Assembly: GCF_018977255.1 (NCBI RefSeq)
Contig: NW_024704742.1
Span: 10,480,001-10,544,000 of the forward strand
Source of the DNA: Callorhinchus milii
Taxonomy: Eukaryota
Direction of reading: 5' to 3'
Length of the DNA: 64,000 nt
Shown piece by piece: positions 40,025 through 52,200 of this stretch (positions are counted from its first letter, which is position 1; each line of letters starts with the position of its first letter). The translations under genes and the position numbers were made by a program. Under the pieces are notes generated by a model. That model was not told where the DNA came from and did no database searches. It saw only the letters and a program-made list of their open reading frames with translations.

Positions 40025-40941
40025 ACTGATTAAACATTCCGTCATAACTGTAGTCAGCAGCACAGTCTAATGGTCCAGGTTCAGAGCAGAAGCTGACTAA
40101 CAACGAGGTGATCACTGGTTAATGTCCCAGAGCCCCAGAGCTGTTTGTCATTTGACCAATTGTGCATCACATGCAAATCCAAGCCAATAATGGCATATCT
40201 TCCAACAGACCCTTTGCCTGACTGTCAGCCCCCGAACCTTCAGTCACCATGCCTCTACCCTTTGGATCACTCTCCCTAAATCCTGCCGCCTCACCTTCTG
40301 CCTTTGAAAACCTCCTGAAAATCCACTACTTCAACTGTACCTGCATTCAACTACCCCAACTTCCCTGCTCAGTGTCTGGCAGTCACTGTAAAGGACTGTA
40401 TAAAAACAAGTTCCTTTACTATCTGGGAATGAAGAAATAATAAGCAGATAATTAACTTTAATCATTAGTTAGAAACGTGGTGTGCACAAGAGGAAATTGA
40501 GTTTATAGATAACTGATGGCGCACAGCAGTACCCCACAAATAGTCGTGCATTGAATGACCAATTGACTATCGACTAACAACCAGGTTCCTACTTACTGCT
40601 AGGTAAACAGAGGTGTGTGGAGTAAGGAAACTTGCCCAACATTTCACCCTGTCCGGGAATCAAAGCTATGTCTCTCGCTTGTGAGGTGAGTGCTCTGATC
40701 ACTGAGCTACAGGACTACAGAATAAGCCAATTGAGTGGGGATCCTATACATATGAAAAGGGGCCCCACTTCTCCTAGTACTTTCCCCATTTGTGCTCTGT
40801 GCAAATTGGCCAACGTGTTCACCCATGGAATACTCAGTCACTGCACTGTATTTGAGATGTTCTCCTTATATGGAAGACGCAGTATGAAATTCAAGGATTA
40901 TTATATTCTCTTTTAAATGGAAAATGATTGTCCAATAAACT
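40025..40941 (+). repeat. Donor: most of MAT intron 8 (39999-40982), duplicated at 42073-42990
   Basis: Direct comparison; also seen as twin ORFs 40249/42297 and 40632/42680. Confidence 0.95.
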
Positions 40942-40982
40942 TCAAGCAATGTCTTTGACATCTCTGCTCTTATTCACATCAG

Positions 40983-41085
40983 GGAGTTGGACCTGAAGAA
41001 GCCCATCTATCAAAAGACAGCTTGTTATGGACATTTCGGCAGAGAGGAATTCTCTTGGGAAAAACCAAAGAACTTGGTTTTTTAA
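40983..41085 (+). CDS. mat2al: MAT terminal coding exon 9 ([34 protein letters not shown])
   Basis: Acceptor catcag|; YGHFGR motif; TAA at 41083-41085. The nine exons sum to 1185 nt (394 aa plus stop) with no frameshift. Confidence 0.95.
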
Positions 41086-41438
41086 CGGTACCTGCCGCAC
41101 ATATGTGCACAAAACGTACCGGTTGATAGGTTTGCAAGGCAGTACGTGAAAAACCCAACCTTCCTCGAATTGGTGGTGAAATCTGGTTTAGAGTTGCACT
41201 CAGGTTTACTGGCCTGCAGGTTCGAGTTGTCACACCAATAATTTGAATTTTATTTGAAAACTACAAACCAGTGCAAAAATCACAGACTTTTACATCCCAG
41301 TGGCACCATTATAGCAACATTCTACAGTGAATTTTACAGCATCGTTGCCTGAGTGTTTGAGATTTGTTGTAAAACACTTCCACAAAGACTGCATTCAGAC
41401 AGTTTTATTACCTTAAATAGTTGTGCCATGACCAACAC

Positions 41439-41444
41439 ATTAAA
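41439..41444 (+). terminator. Candidate polyadenylation signal ATTAAA for the MAT gene
   Basis: First hexamer-like signal I see after the stop. Alternatives are AATAAA at about 42983 (inside the duplicated segment) and about 43569. Confidence 0.35.
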
Positions 41445-41679
41445 TAACAAGGTCAAATTCACAATAGTTTTGAAGCATTTTATTTAAGGAACCTTTTGAT
41501 AACTTCCAATAGTTGGTGCAATTCTTTCCAGGCTAAGTGGTTTGCTCCTCTTCCAGGTTCCAGCACCACTATTGTTTTTGACCCCGAAGCAAGTTTTTTT
41601 GTTAGTCCTTTCACAGCATTGCTATTTTAAGAGTGGAAATCCATGCTCAGTCCCCCAAAAATGACCATTGTAGGGCCAC

Positions 41680-43185
41680 ATCCACAGCAGCCGAAACCCT
41701 TGTCCACACCTTTGTCACTTACCGGCTTGACTTTTCAAATGCCCTCCCCAGCTCCACCATACACAAAATACAATTAATTCAGAATTCCACCGCCTAGATA
41801 CTCACCCGCACAAAACTCTGTACCCCCATCACACAGCCGTTGTTATGCTCCACTGGTTCCCAATTACTGAACAGATCGATTTCAAGATCCTCTTACTCGT
41901 TTTCAAATCCCTTCATGCCCTCGCACCTCCCTACCTCTCCAATTTGCTTACTCCCCACACTCCACCACCTTCTGCTGCCCCTTGGCCGGTTCTGACCTCC
42001 TATTCGTTCCTCGGCACCTCCGCTCCACCAACGGTGGCCATACTTTCAGCCACTACGCCCCGAAGCTCTGGAACTGATTAAACATTCCGTCATAACTGTA
42101 GTCAGCAGCACAGTCTAATGGTCCAGGTTCAGAGCAGAAGCTGACTAACAACGAGGTGATCACTGGTTAATGTCCCAGAGCCCCAGAGCTGTTTGTCATT
42201 TGACCAATTGTGCATCACATGCAAATCCAAGCCAATAATGGCATATCTTCCAACAGACCCTTTGCCTGACTGTCAGCCCCCGAACCTTCAGTCACTATGC
42301 CTCTACCCTTTGGATCACTCTCCCTAAATCCTGCCGCCTCACCTTCTGCCTTTGAAAACCTCCTGAAAATCCACGACTTCAACTGTACCTGCATTCAACT
42401 ACCCCAACTTCCCTGCTCAGTGTCTGGCAGTCACTGTAAAGGACTGTATAAAAACAAGTTCCTTTACTATCTGGGAATGAAGAAATAATAAGCAGATAAT
42501 TAACTTTGATCATTAGTTAGAAACGTGGTGTGCACAAGAGGAAATTGAGTTTATAGATAACTGATGGCGCACAGCAGTACCCCACAAATAGTCGTGCATT
42601 GAATGACCAACAGACTATCGACTAACAACCAGGTTCCTACTTACTGCTAGGTAAACAGAGGTGTGTGGAGTAAGGAAACTTGCCCAACATTTCACCCTGT
42701 CCGGGAATCAAAGCCATGTCTCTCGCTTGTGCGGTGAGTGCTCTGATCACTGAGCTACAGGACTACAGAATAAGCCAATTGAGTGGGGATCCTATACATA
42801 TGAAAAGGGGCCCCACTTCTCCTAGTACTTTCCCCATTTGTGCTCTGTGCAAATTGGCCAACGTGTTCACCCATGGAATACTCAGTCACTGCACTGTATT
42901 TGAGATGTTCTCCTTACATTGGAAGGCGCAGTATGAAATTCAAGGATTATTATATTCTCCTTTAAATGGAAAACGATTGTCCAATAAACTCTCTCCCTCA
43001 ATCCATCCACCTTGTCCGCTCCCTCCCCACTTTCAAATGCCAGCCAGATCTTCCTTTTTGATCGTGCTTACGGTGACCTTCCCCCACCCTCTCCCCCAGC
43101 TCGGGGTCAGACTCCGCCACTGTCAAGCGCTCCTGGACGCTACCCCTCGTGAAGGGCATTATATAAATGCAAGTTGTTGTTGTTG
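41680..43185 (+). mobile_element. L2 3' fragment split by the 918 bp intron-8 copy (42073-42990)
   Basis: Removing the insert restores gaagctctggaact|ctctccctcaatcc, as in the intact L2 copy at about 37570-37610. Confidence 0.9.
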
Positions 43186-45834
43186 TAAACCATTACAAAC
43201 ATCAAATGCACACCTCGGGTTAAACAGTAGTGGCATTAAGACTTGGCCATTGGCAAACCGTTTAATTGGAGAGGACTTTTTGTACCATTTTTTGTTTGTT
43301 ATCTAAGGCTCTGAAATAAGACTGAGAATATTTCAAATGTTACCACAAATTTTGCTTCAGTTTTGCAGTCCTGAGTAGACCTAACTTTCAGTTACCTAGT
43401 ATATGTGTACTGCTCACATGTGGGGCGGGGGAGTGCAGGAGTGAATTACAGATGCCCTCATGCCCTGTGTCCGGGAGTTAATGGGGACAGAAAAATATGT
43501 CAGTTGAAGATGTTGGGTTCTGAACAATGAACAGAATAAGACTGACTTATTCTACTCAGTCCTCTTTTAATAAAGGACCTGAGAACAGATGAACCGAAGA
43601 CACTCAGCAAAATGCTTTAAAAATTCTTTACTTGATGAGAAATGTGAAGTTTGTTTGTTCAATTATCACAAATACAACAGACAGGTCAATAGCATAGACA
43701 CATACCTGTATCAAAATCAGTTGGTAAGTTCACAAACAGCAGGCAAAAGTCTTACATCAATGAAAGGTCTTTTGATTCAGACCTGAAACCTCTTGCTTGG
43801 GTTCAGTGATTACAAAGTCAAAGTTGAATCTTTAAGAGTGTACAGCTGAGCTGTGTACTTTACTCGCCAGTTGTTATATGTTGTTATTCTTCTCCTCCCT
43901 TTCCAAATGATTTCAACATTCTAGAATTTCTGCAGTTTTACTTCTTCCTGAAATTGCTGAAAGTTGATGAAACGATGGAACAGTACAAGTCTGATGGATT
44001 TTAATCCCGAAGACAACACATTTGCTTCACCACTTCATGGCTCTTGTGTGGACAGAACCTGATATGCTCTGTCCTAGGTTGAACAAAGTGTAGTTAAGCC
44101 ATACATCTATTATAATTGATTTTCCACAGAACATTCTCATGTCCATGAAGCAATTATCTTACATAAAAATAATAATAAAATATAATCTGCAGAATTGTCG
44201 CTGCACCTGTAGAATTGTTATTGAAGAACATCCTCAACAAACACCAATGAAAAACACCAATTGTTATATAAAAACATGAATTGTTATAAAACTTGAATTG
44301 TTATAGAAAACATCTTTAACACAAAACTAATTAAAACAAGAATTTGTTATGGGAAAACATCTTCAGCTACAAAAATGAAATTAAAGAAAATATTAAAGAT
44401 TAAAGAAAAAATTGCCTACTTCAAATCGTAATCCAAACAAAATCAAAATGGTGGGAACTTGCATCAAACCATGTCAGGACCTCAGTTTCGGCTGACACTC
44501 CATTGCAATGTTCTCAACATAATGTTATTTGGGATCTAAAGCAAATCAATTAATGTGATATACTGAGAAGTTTGTACCATTTGTTCCTTGAATGTATGTG
44601 AGTCTACAAAATATAGTTACTACAGTTTGATGTACTACACTTTGATGTCCTGGCACAGGACACATTCAACTGCTAACTTAATCACTGGAGTCTTTATTAA
44701 ACCTCCCTAACATTATAAATCAAAACAGCATTGCCCTGAACTAGTTGGTGCACAGAAAGTTCACTAATTTCATATGAAGGACGCAACCAAGTAAGGGGAA
44801 ACTGATTGCAGATTCACACCAAATGTTTTTTCTAGAGGTGAGCTGGACCACAAAATTCACAAGATTGCAAAATGGTTGCAGTAGAATCAGAAAGTTTGTA
44901 GCACAGAAATAAACCATTCAGCCATTAAATGTGCTGGTATTGGTTCCTCCATACTCTTAATATTATTTTCCTCAAGTAATTGTCCAATTCCCTTTCAAAT
45001 GCTATTTTGGACTTTGCTTCAGACAATTTGGATTAAAATGTAAAACATTCATATTGTCAGTAATTAATTAGTGTATAGTCAGTCATTCATAAATTGCATT
45101 GGTAATCACTGAAAAATCTGGCTGTTATTTCTATTGCTGTGCAATTTTTTTTATTTTCACACTTTATCAGAATGATAAAGCTATCAAAAATAATTATGTG
45201 CTCTAAACATATTTTTTAGAAACAGTAGAATATCAAGATCTTAAATATGCTTTTACCATCATTTTGTACTTCATGCTAAAATATTACATTGTGGAGCTAC
45301 GTTCGTGAGATATTGTGGATGTGAATTATTACTGGCTAATAAATATTCAAAAGAACATTGGAAGAACTCAAGTCTTCTACAAGACACAGTTTTGCTGGCT
45401 TGTGTGTTGAACACTGCAGAGGGAGCGCTCATAAGTACTTTCAGATGTAAATGACTGCCTAAGTCTGGATGAAGCCAGCCTCTCATGTGGCACATTAAAA
45501 AATACAGCTCCAACTGTAAACTTTGCAATAGACATAACTCAATTGGTTCCTCATTACAAGAATGCCAGCAATTCAAAATGTTATTTCACATGAGGAAAAA
45601 ATAATCCTGCTTTGTCTTTTTTAAAAAAACTGCTGGTATATTTTTAAGCAAGACATTTGTGCTGACTAGTAGACATTATTTACATCTCTGTAGAGGAAAC
45701 AAGAGCAAAACTACCTAAAATGGTGCATGGAACCCAGAAAGCACAAGACAACAAGACCAGACAACCATGCAGGAAGGTTAAAGGGGAAAAGAGTAAAAAT
45801 AGGTGCATATATTTGAATTTTCTGAGGGTAATAA

Positions 45835-45926
45835 CCAGCTTGGGTCCGAAACACTGACTGTCCAGTGCCTTGGGACATCCTCCCAACACAAGAGGTGCTA
45901 TACAAATGTTTCTCTTGTTGTAATAA
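45835..45926 (+). mobile_element. Short L2 3' tail inserted into a Deu-type SINE with a GTAATAA target-site duplication; the host SINE continues to about 46142 with a tandemly duplicated tail
   Basis: gggGTAATAA|ccagcttggg...ttgttGTAATAA|tccc; tatcaaatgcaaggattattatt occurs twice. Confidence 0.8.
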
Positions 45927-46449
45927 TCCCTTAAAAAGAAATTTGGTCACTCAATCCATGACTATTTGTGGGACACTGCTGTGCGGAATTGGCTGCTGCG
46001 TTTCGCCCACAAAATATACAGTCAATTCACTTTACAGTATATTCTGTGAAGCGTTTTGAGACGTATCGAAGACGTGATAAAGCGCTATATCAAATGCAAG
46101 GATTATTATTATTATTATATCAAATGCAAGGATTATTATTATGATAAATGCTAGAAGCATCCAAAATAAAATGGTGGAACACAGAAAGTAGGAGCATTTA
46201 TTTTGTTTCTTTTGAATTAAGATGCGCATTAATACCCTAATCCATGCCTAAATTTGAGCTTTGGAGTCTGAACTGTAAATCACTGGCGGTAGAGCAATCT
46301 GGGACTTGTCTTGTGCCCTTTTAATGCTGCAGTTCCAGAGAACCACCAGATGGGGGCAGTTTACGTGTTCTGGCTGGAACAATGTTGAATAAAGTGATTA
46401 GTAACTCTCTTGTAAATCAAAGCCTTTCTCATTGCAGACCTTTTTCATG

Positions 46450-47280
46450 GGAGCTAAGATGACAGGTTTAAAAGGTCTTCAAGCAAGGGTAAATAGGAAT
46501 AGATTACTTTCATTGGTCGGGGCATAATGGCTGAAAGCTCAGCCACCAATGGCGGAATGGAGGGCATGAGGGACATGCAGAAGCCCGTAGCCAGTTGAGC
46601 AGAGGCAGCGGGTTGTGGGTTGGAGTGTAAGCAGGTCAGAGAGGTAGGGAGTTGCCAGGGCAAGAAGATTTGGAAATGAGTGTGAGGATCTTGAAATTGA
46701 TCCGTTCAGCGATAGGGAGCCAGTGACGCCTAGCTAGAACTGGTGTGATGGGGGTACGGAGTTTAAAGTGGGCGAGTATGCGGGTAACAGAGTTTTGGAT
46801 CAGCTGAATCTTGTGCATGGTGGAGCTGGGGAGACCGGCAAAGAGGGAATTTGAAAAGTCAAGCCGGGAAGTGATGAATGCATGGACGAGTGTTTCAGCT
46901 GTATCTGGGGTGAGGTCTGGTCGGAGGTGAGCAACATAATAATAATAATAATAATAATAATAATCCTTGCATTTGATATAGCGCTTTTCATGTCGGGAGG
47001 ATGTCCCAAAGCACTTCACAGAACACACTGTAAAGTGAATTGACTGTATATTTGTGGACGAACGCGGCAGCCAATTGCGCACAGCAATGTCCCACAAACA
47101 GTCGTAGATTGAAAATGACCAATTCGTTATTGTTTTGGGTTTTTGGAGGGATTATTATTAGGCGTGTGGAGTAAGGAACTTGCCCAAGGTTTCACCCTGC
47201 CTGGAATTAAACCCAGGTGTCTCGCTTGCAAAGCGTGGTGGAAATGGAGGAAGGCGGTCCTGGTCAGGACATTCCCCTTT
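46450..47280 (-). mobile_element. L2 fragment with a nested young SINE (about 46937-47235)
   Basis: TAETLVHAFITSRLDFSNSLFAGLP... in ORF 46636-; SINE on the minus strand. Confidence 0.88.
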
Positions 47281-47654
47281 AAGGAAAGCGGAAGTTAGAG
47301 AATATTTCTTTAATCATAGGTAATTGGAATAGAATTCTGATCCATTGCAGTTGTGACTGAATTCTGGATGTATGCCCTCTCACGAATGCCTCAATACTGC
47401 TGATCAACAGTAAACAAATAACCAAGTCCAGGACTGAAGCAGAACTTCAAATTTACAAATAAAATTGTATCCTTGGGGCAAACACACAATGACTGGGACT
47501 CTGAGTGGAACGCACCGCTTAGCCAACTGGTGTTGCTGAAGTCAGAAATTGAATGTATTTAGGAATACTGCAAACTTCACCCCTATGAATGTGTGATTGG
47601 CTTTGAGTAACCAACACCAACACTTTGAATCGTAAGCAGCAACAGCAGCAACAG

Positions 47655-48730
47655 ACAACAACAACAAAATTACATTTGGAAAGCGCCTTTCACTTCGAGA
47701 GGACGTCCCAAGGCCGCTGAACAGTCAGGGATTAGGACCCAAGTATGGGGGCAGGGTTGGGATGAGGGAGGGCAGAAGGGTTTAGGAGAGTGGCTGAAGG
47801 CATGGTCAAAAAGAAAGGTTTTGAGTCGTGCCTTGAAAGAGGCAAGAGAGGGAGCAAGGCGAAGGGATTGTGGGATGGAGTTCCAAAGAGTGGGGGCAGA
47901 GAGGCTGAAAACCCAGCTGTCGATGGTAGGGCGGGTCGGGCGGGAGACATGGAGCAGGCCGGAGTCTGCTGAGCGGAGGGAGTGGACAGATTGATTGGAC
48001 GTCAGCAGGTCAGAGAAGTAGGAAGGGGAAGGCCATGGATGGCCTTGAAAGTGAGGACGAGGATTTTGAATTCTATCCTCTGAGGGATGAGGAGCCAGTG
48101 GAGCTGGGCAAGGGTGGGAGTGATGGGGTCACGGAGACTGGTGCGGGAGAGGACACGAGCTGCAGAGTTCCGGATGATCTGCAGGTTATGGAGGGAAGAG
48201 TTGGGGAGGGCAACAGAGCCCTGAGGAACACCACACTGTGTGGGGCCAGGAAGAAAAAACGTTGGCGGAGACAAATTGGAGGTGGTGTGAAAGATAAGAC
48301 CTGAACCATTAAAGGATAGAACCTTGAAGGTTGCGGTGAGAGGAGAGGTGGTGGAGGAGGATGGAGTGGTCTACGGTATTGAAGACAGCAGAGAGGTCGA
48401 GGAGGATGAGGAGGCAGAGGGATCCCTGGTCACAAATGGACAAAATGTTGTTTGTCACCTTGACCAGAGCAGTTTCTGTGCGCTGAGCTGCACAGAAACC
48501 TGATTGGAGGGGCTTGTGAAGGGAATGGTAGGAGTGGAATGAGCGAAGCTAGGAGGCAATGACTCTTTCAAGGAACTTCAAAAGAAAAGGGAGGTTGAAG
48601 ATGGGTCAGTAGTTAGAAGGCAGGGATGGGTCCAGGTATGTTTTTTTCAGGATGAGGGTGATTATCGCTGTTTTTAAGGGGATGGGAACAGTGCAGATGA
48701 AAGGGAGAGATTGATGGTATTGGAGACCTT
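47655..48730 (-). mobile_element. L2 LINE fragment with internal deletions (RT region plus 3' end)
   Basis: CGVPQGS, LHNLQIIRNSAARVL...LHWL motifs; (caa)n tail. Confidence 0.88.
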
Positions 48731-48973
48731 CAACAACGTCAGTTTACTTGACAAATTAGAAAACAGCGGGGAAAGCAACAGTACCACTGATTAGTTTAAT
48801 TAAAAACTCTGAAGAAATCTACACAGGAGTGGCACAAAGTCACAGCTGCATTTCTGCACCCACAGCAGTGGGTTTAAGAGCCAAAGGTTGATTGCTCTCT
48901 TGCATATTCTCCTCAAACCTGCATTGACTATTTTCCAATTTAAAGCTGAAAGGTTGAATTACCAAGACAGGAT

Positions 48974-49290
48974 GTGGAGTCCTGTGGCTCAGTGGTTAGA
49001 GCACTCGCTTTGCAAGCGAGAGACCTGAGTTCAATTCCAGGCAGAGGGCGAAACCTTGGGCAAGTTTCCTTACTCCACACACCTAATAATAATCCCTCCA
49101 AAACCCAAAACAATAATAAATTGGTTATTTTCAATCCATGACTGTTTGTGGGACACTGCTGTGCGCAATTGGCTGCCGCGTTCGCCCACAAATATACAGT
49201 CAATTCACTTTACAGTGTGTTCTGTGAAGCGCTTTGGGACGTCTAGAAGTCGTGAAAAGCGCTATATCAAATGCAAGGGTTATTATTATT
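48974..49290 (+). mobile_element. Full-length Deu-type SINE, short subfamily
   Basis: A and B boxes, Deu-like core, tail. Confidence 0.92.
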
Positions 49291-52200
49291 AATAGCCACT
49301 CTGCCTTATTGAAATCTAGTGGTAAAATTTGTGGTATTCCTTAAAACTTCTTTAACCTATTCAAGGGACGCTTTAAGAAATATCAGTAAGTGGCGACCCC
49401 GCTAGGCAAATGGTTTGCTACTTTCAGCATCCTAGTGCCACCTTTTTGTGTGACTCTGAGCTACGCGATTTTTACTTTGTAAATCTGAAGCCCCACCTAA
49501 GCCTTAATTTACGTTTTGCTCATTATTGCTTTCTCATAGTCCCAGGAAAGCAATATTGAGCAAATCATCGGCCGCCTGCTTGTCTCTCATTCCTTCTGTT
49601 CCACCATCGGTGGCCGTGCCTTCAGCCACTGTGCCTTCAGCCATACACCCTGAAATTCTGGAGCATTCTCCCTCAATCCATCCATCTTGCCCCCTCCTTC
49701 CCAATCTTTAGGTCGTGCCTGAAGACCTTCTTCTTCCACCGTGCTTACGGTCACTTCCCCCCGCCCCGGCTCAGAGTCATGCTTCACCACTGTTAAGCGC
49801 TCTGGGGTGCTACTCTGTGTGAGCAATGTGTGTAAATTCAAGTTGTTGTTGCCAAAAATTTACTTTGAGAGATCAGTTTCTTGGGCTTTTGAGCCTAGTC
49901 TGCTTTATCAATAAAAGTTCATTTTTTTAATCTAGAAGTGAGGATTCAGGATAGCATAAAAACAGAAAATGCGGTTAAAACATGTCTTTAGGATGGGGAA
50001 GACGGGTTTGCAGGCTTATGGGGAGAAAGCTGGTGATTGGGGTTAGTGAAAGTGACTTGCTCTGTCAAACAGCCGGCACAGACTCGATGGGCCGAATGAC
50101 CTCCTTCTGTGCCGTAACTTCTATGAATCTATGAATATCTGGAGCTTACCTGGAGAGCAGCACAGCCTTGTTTGAATAAGAACTGATTGGTTATAATAAC
50201 TTGTAAGTGTCTGATAGAAACATCTTGAATCACAAGAAGCAACAGCAGCAGCAAGACCTCCAATAAATCTGACAACAGTCAGAAGCCCATCTGGACAATG
50301 GTTTTATTATCACAATAGTAATGCACCTTCCATTTGATATAACCGTGGAATAACCAATTGTACTTGGGGGATTGCTGGGCTGAACACTGTGAGAAATTCC
50401 TTTCTCTTTTCAAATAGCCCCATGGGATCTTTAACGTTCACCTGAACAGGCAGACCGGACCTCAGTTTAGTGTCTCATGCAAAGGACTGCATTTCCGACA
50501 ATGCAGCACTGCCCCAGCAATGCACAGGAGTATCAACCTCAATACTCAACTGTTTGAGGGACACTGCTGACATTGGCTGCTGAATTTCGTCCACAAAATA
50601 CACAGTGAATTCATTGACAGTATGTACTGTGTAGTGCTTTGAAACGTCTCGAAGATGTGATAAGGCGCTATATCAAATGCAATTATTATTATCGATTGTG
50701 AGTTCATAGTCCTTAACTCACATACCTCTGAATCAGATGTCCGTAGCTTCTGCCGATTGATTTTATGTTTGATTTTAGCATGCATGGTTTTGGGCCCAAA
50801 GTGATTCCATCTGTGAACTCACATACTCTTGTCTGACACTGCAGTGCAGTGCTGGGGAGTTTTGGATTGTTGGAGGAGCATGGAAGAGATACTAAAAACC
50901 AAGGTGGACCTTAAAGATCCCATTGCACTATTCAAAAAGAATTTTTTGATAACTGGCCAACAATCCCCCCCACCAATTAAAAATAAATGGTCATTCACTT
51001 CATGTCTGTTTATGGGACATTGCTGCATGCAATGCTGCATGTGTTCACCTACAAATATGCATTAACTACACTTCACTATATGGCTTGTGAACAATTTGAG
51101 GTGTTCTCCTTATGTGAAAGTTTCTATACCAAATGCAAGGATTATTTTAACAAGAAACTAAGAAAGTCAAGAATGACAAAGATAATAAAAAAGTAAGGGA
51201 AGGGAAATGGAACAAAAGACAGAACGCTGAGGCGAGCAGAGAACTGTTAAAGCTAAAGGGTTTCTTTGGAATCAAACCTCAGTGTTGATTCATATTGTGT
51301 GTTATAATAATAATAATCCTTGCATTTGATATAGTGCCTTATCATGTCGCTGAGACGTCTCAAAGCTCTTCACAGGATATATTGTAAAGTGGATTGACTG
51401 TATTTTATGACCATGTTGGGTCCGTCTTCTAATAGGGAGGGGATAGCGCCCCTATATTTTATTTCTAAGTTTTATTTACAATATTCTAAAATTGCTTAAA
51501 ATGTAAAATTAAAGGTTGAGTTGAAATTGAGCCCTTGAGACAAATTTCAGTAATTCTATTTTTGAAAACAAGGTCAGGAAAGGACTCAGGAGTGAGGAGA
51601 GTGCTCAAAGGAAATATAGCATACTTTTACAATATTTAAAAAGAGTTTTGAAAGATTAAATATTTGTCTGAAAGTTCTTTGTGTTGGTTAAAAAAAACGC
51701 TTTGCAGTGCTGTGGGGTGGGGTGGGGGGTGGGTGGTGTTGCATTGTTGGAGGTACTGTCCTTTGTAAGAGATATTAAACCAAGGTCCCATCTTCCTGAT
51801 CGTTAAAGATCCCATGGCACTATTAGAAAAGAGAAAGGAGTTTCTCCCAGTGACCTGGCCAACTATCCCCCAAATGAAATTAAAATTGGCCATTGACTTC
51901 ATTGGCTGTTTGTGGGACATTACTGCACACAAACGAATATTTTCTGATTAATCTAGGTTTATATATAAATTATGGGATGCAAGTGGGGTGACGGTAAACA
52001 AGCTTGTCTTACTTCATTCTGTTGATCCTCTCTGTGGCCTAGAGACTCTCTCTAGAGAATTAGTACCTTTTACACGAGGTAACGATAGTCATCTCCATTC
52101 AGTTGATAGCATTTTCCCTTATGGGCTACATGGTTGTTTGTTTATACAAAATACATGTTGTGACTTTGAGCTCACAGGAGAATACTGCATTGTCGGAAGG

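Noticed and set aside
42680..43306. 208 aa ORF, the longest in the track
   Set aside because: It is a chimera of an antisense SINE head, duplicated intron sequence and an L2 tail; it starts at a non-ATG codon and has no protein motif.
44190..44370. Repeated aattgttat(a) units
   Set aside because: Short degenerate AT-rich tandem repeat with no further structure.
46342..46362. CTCF-like motif ccaccagatgggggcag
   Set aside because: It mismatches core positions in either register; too weak without data.
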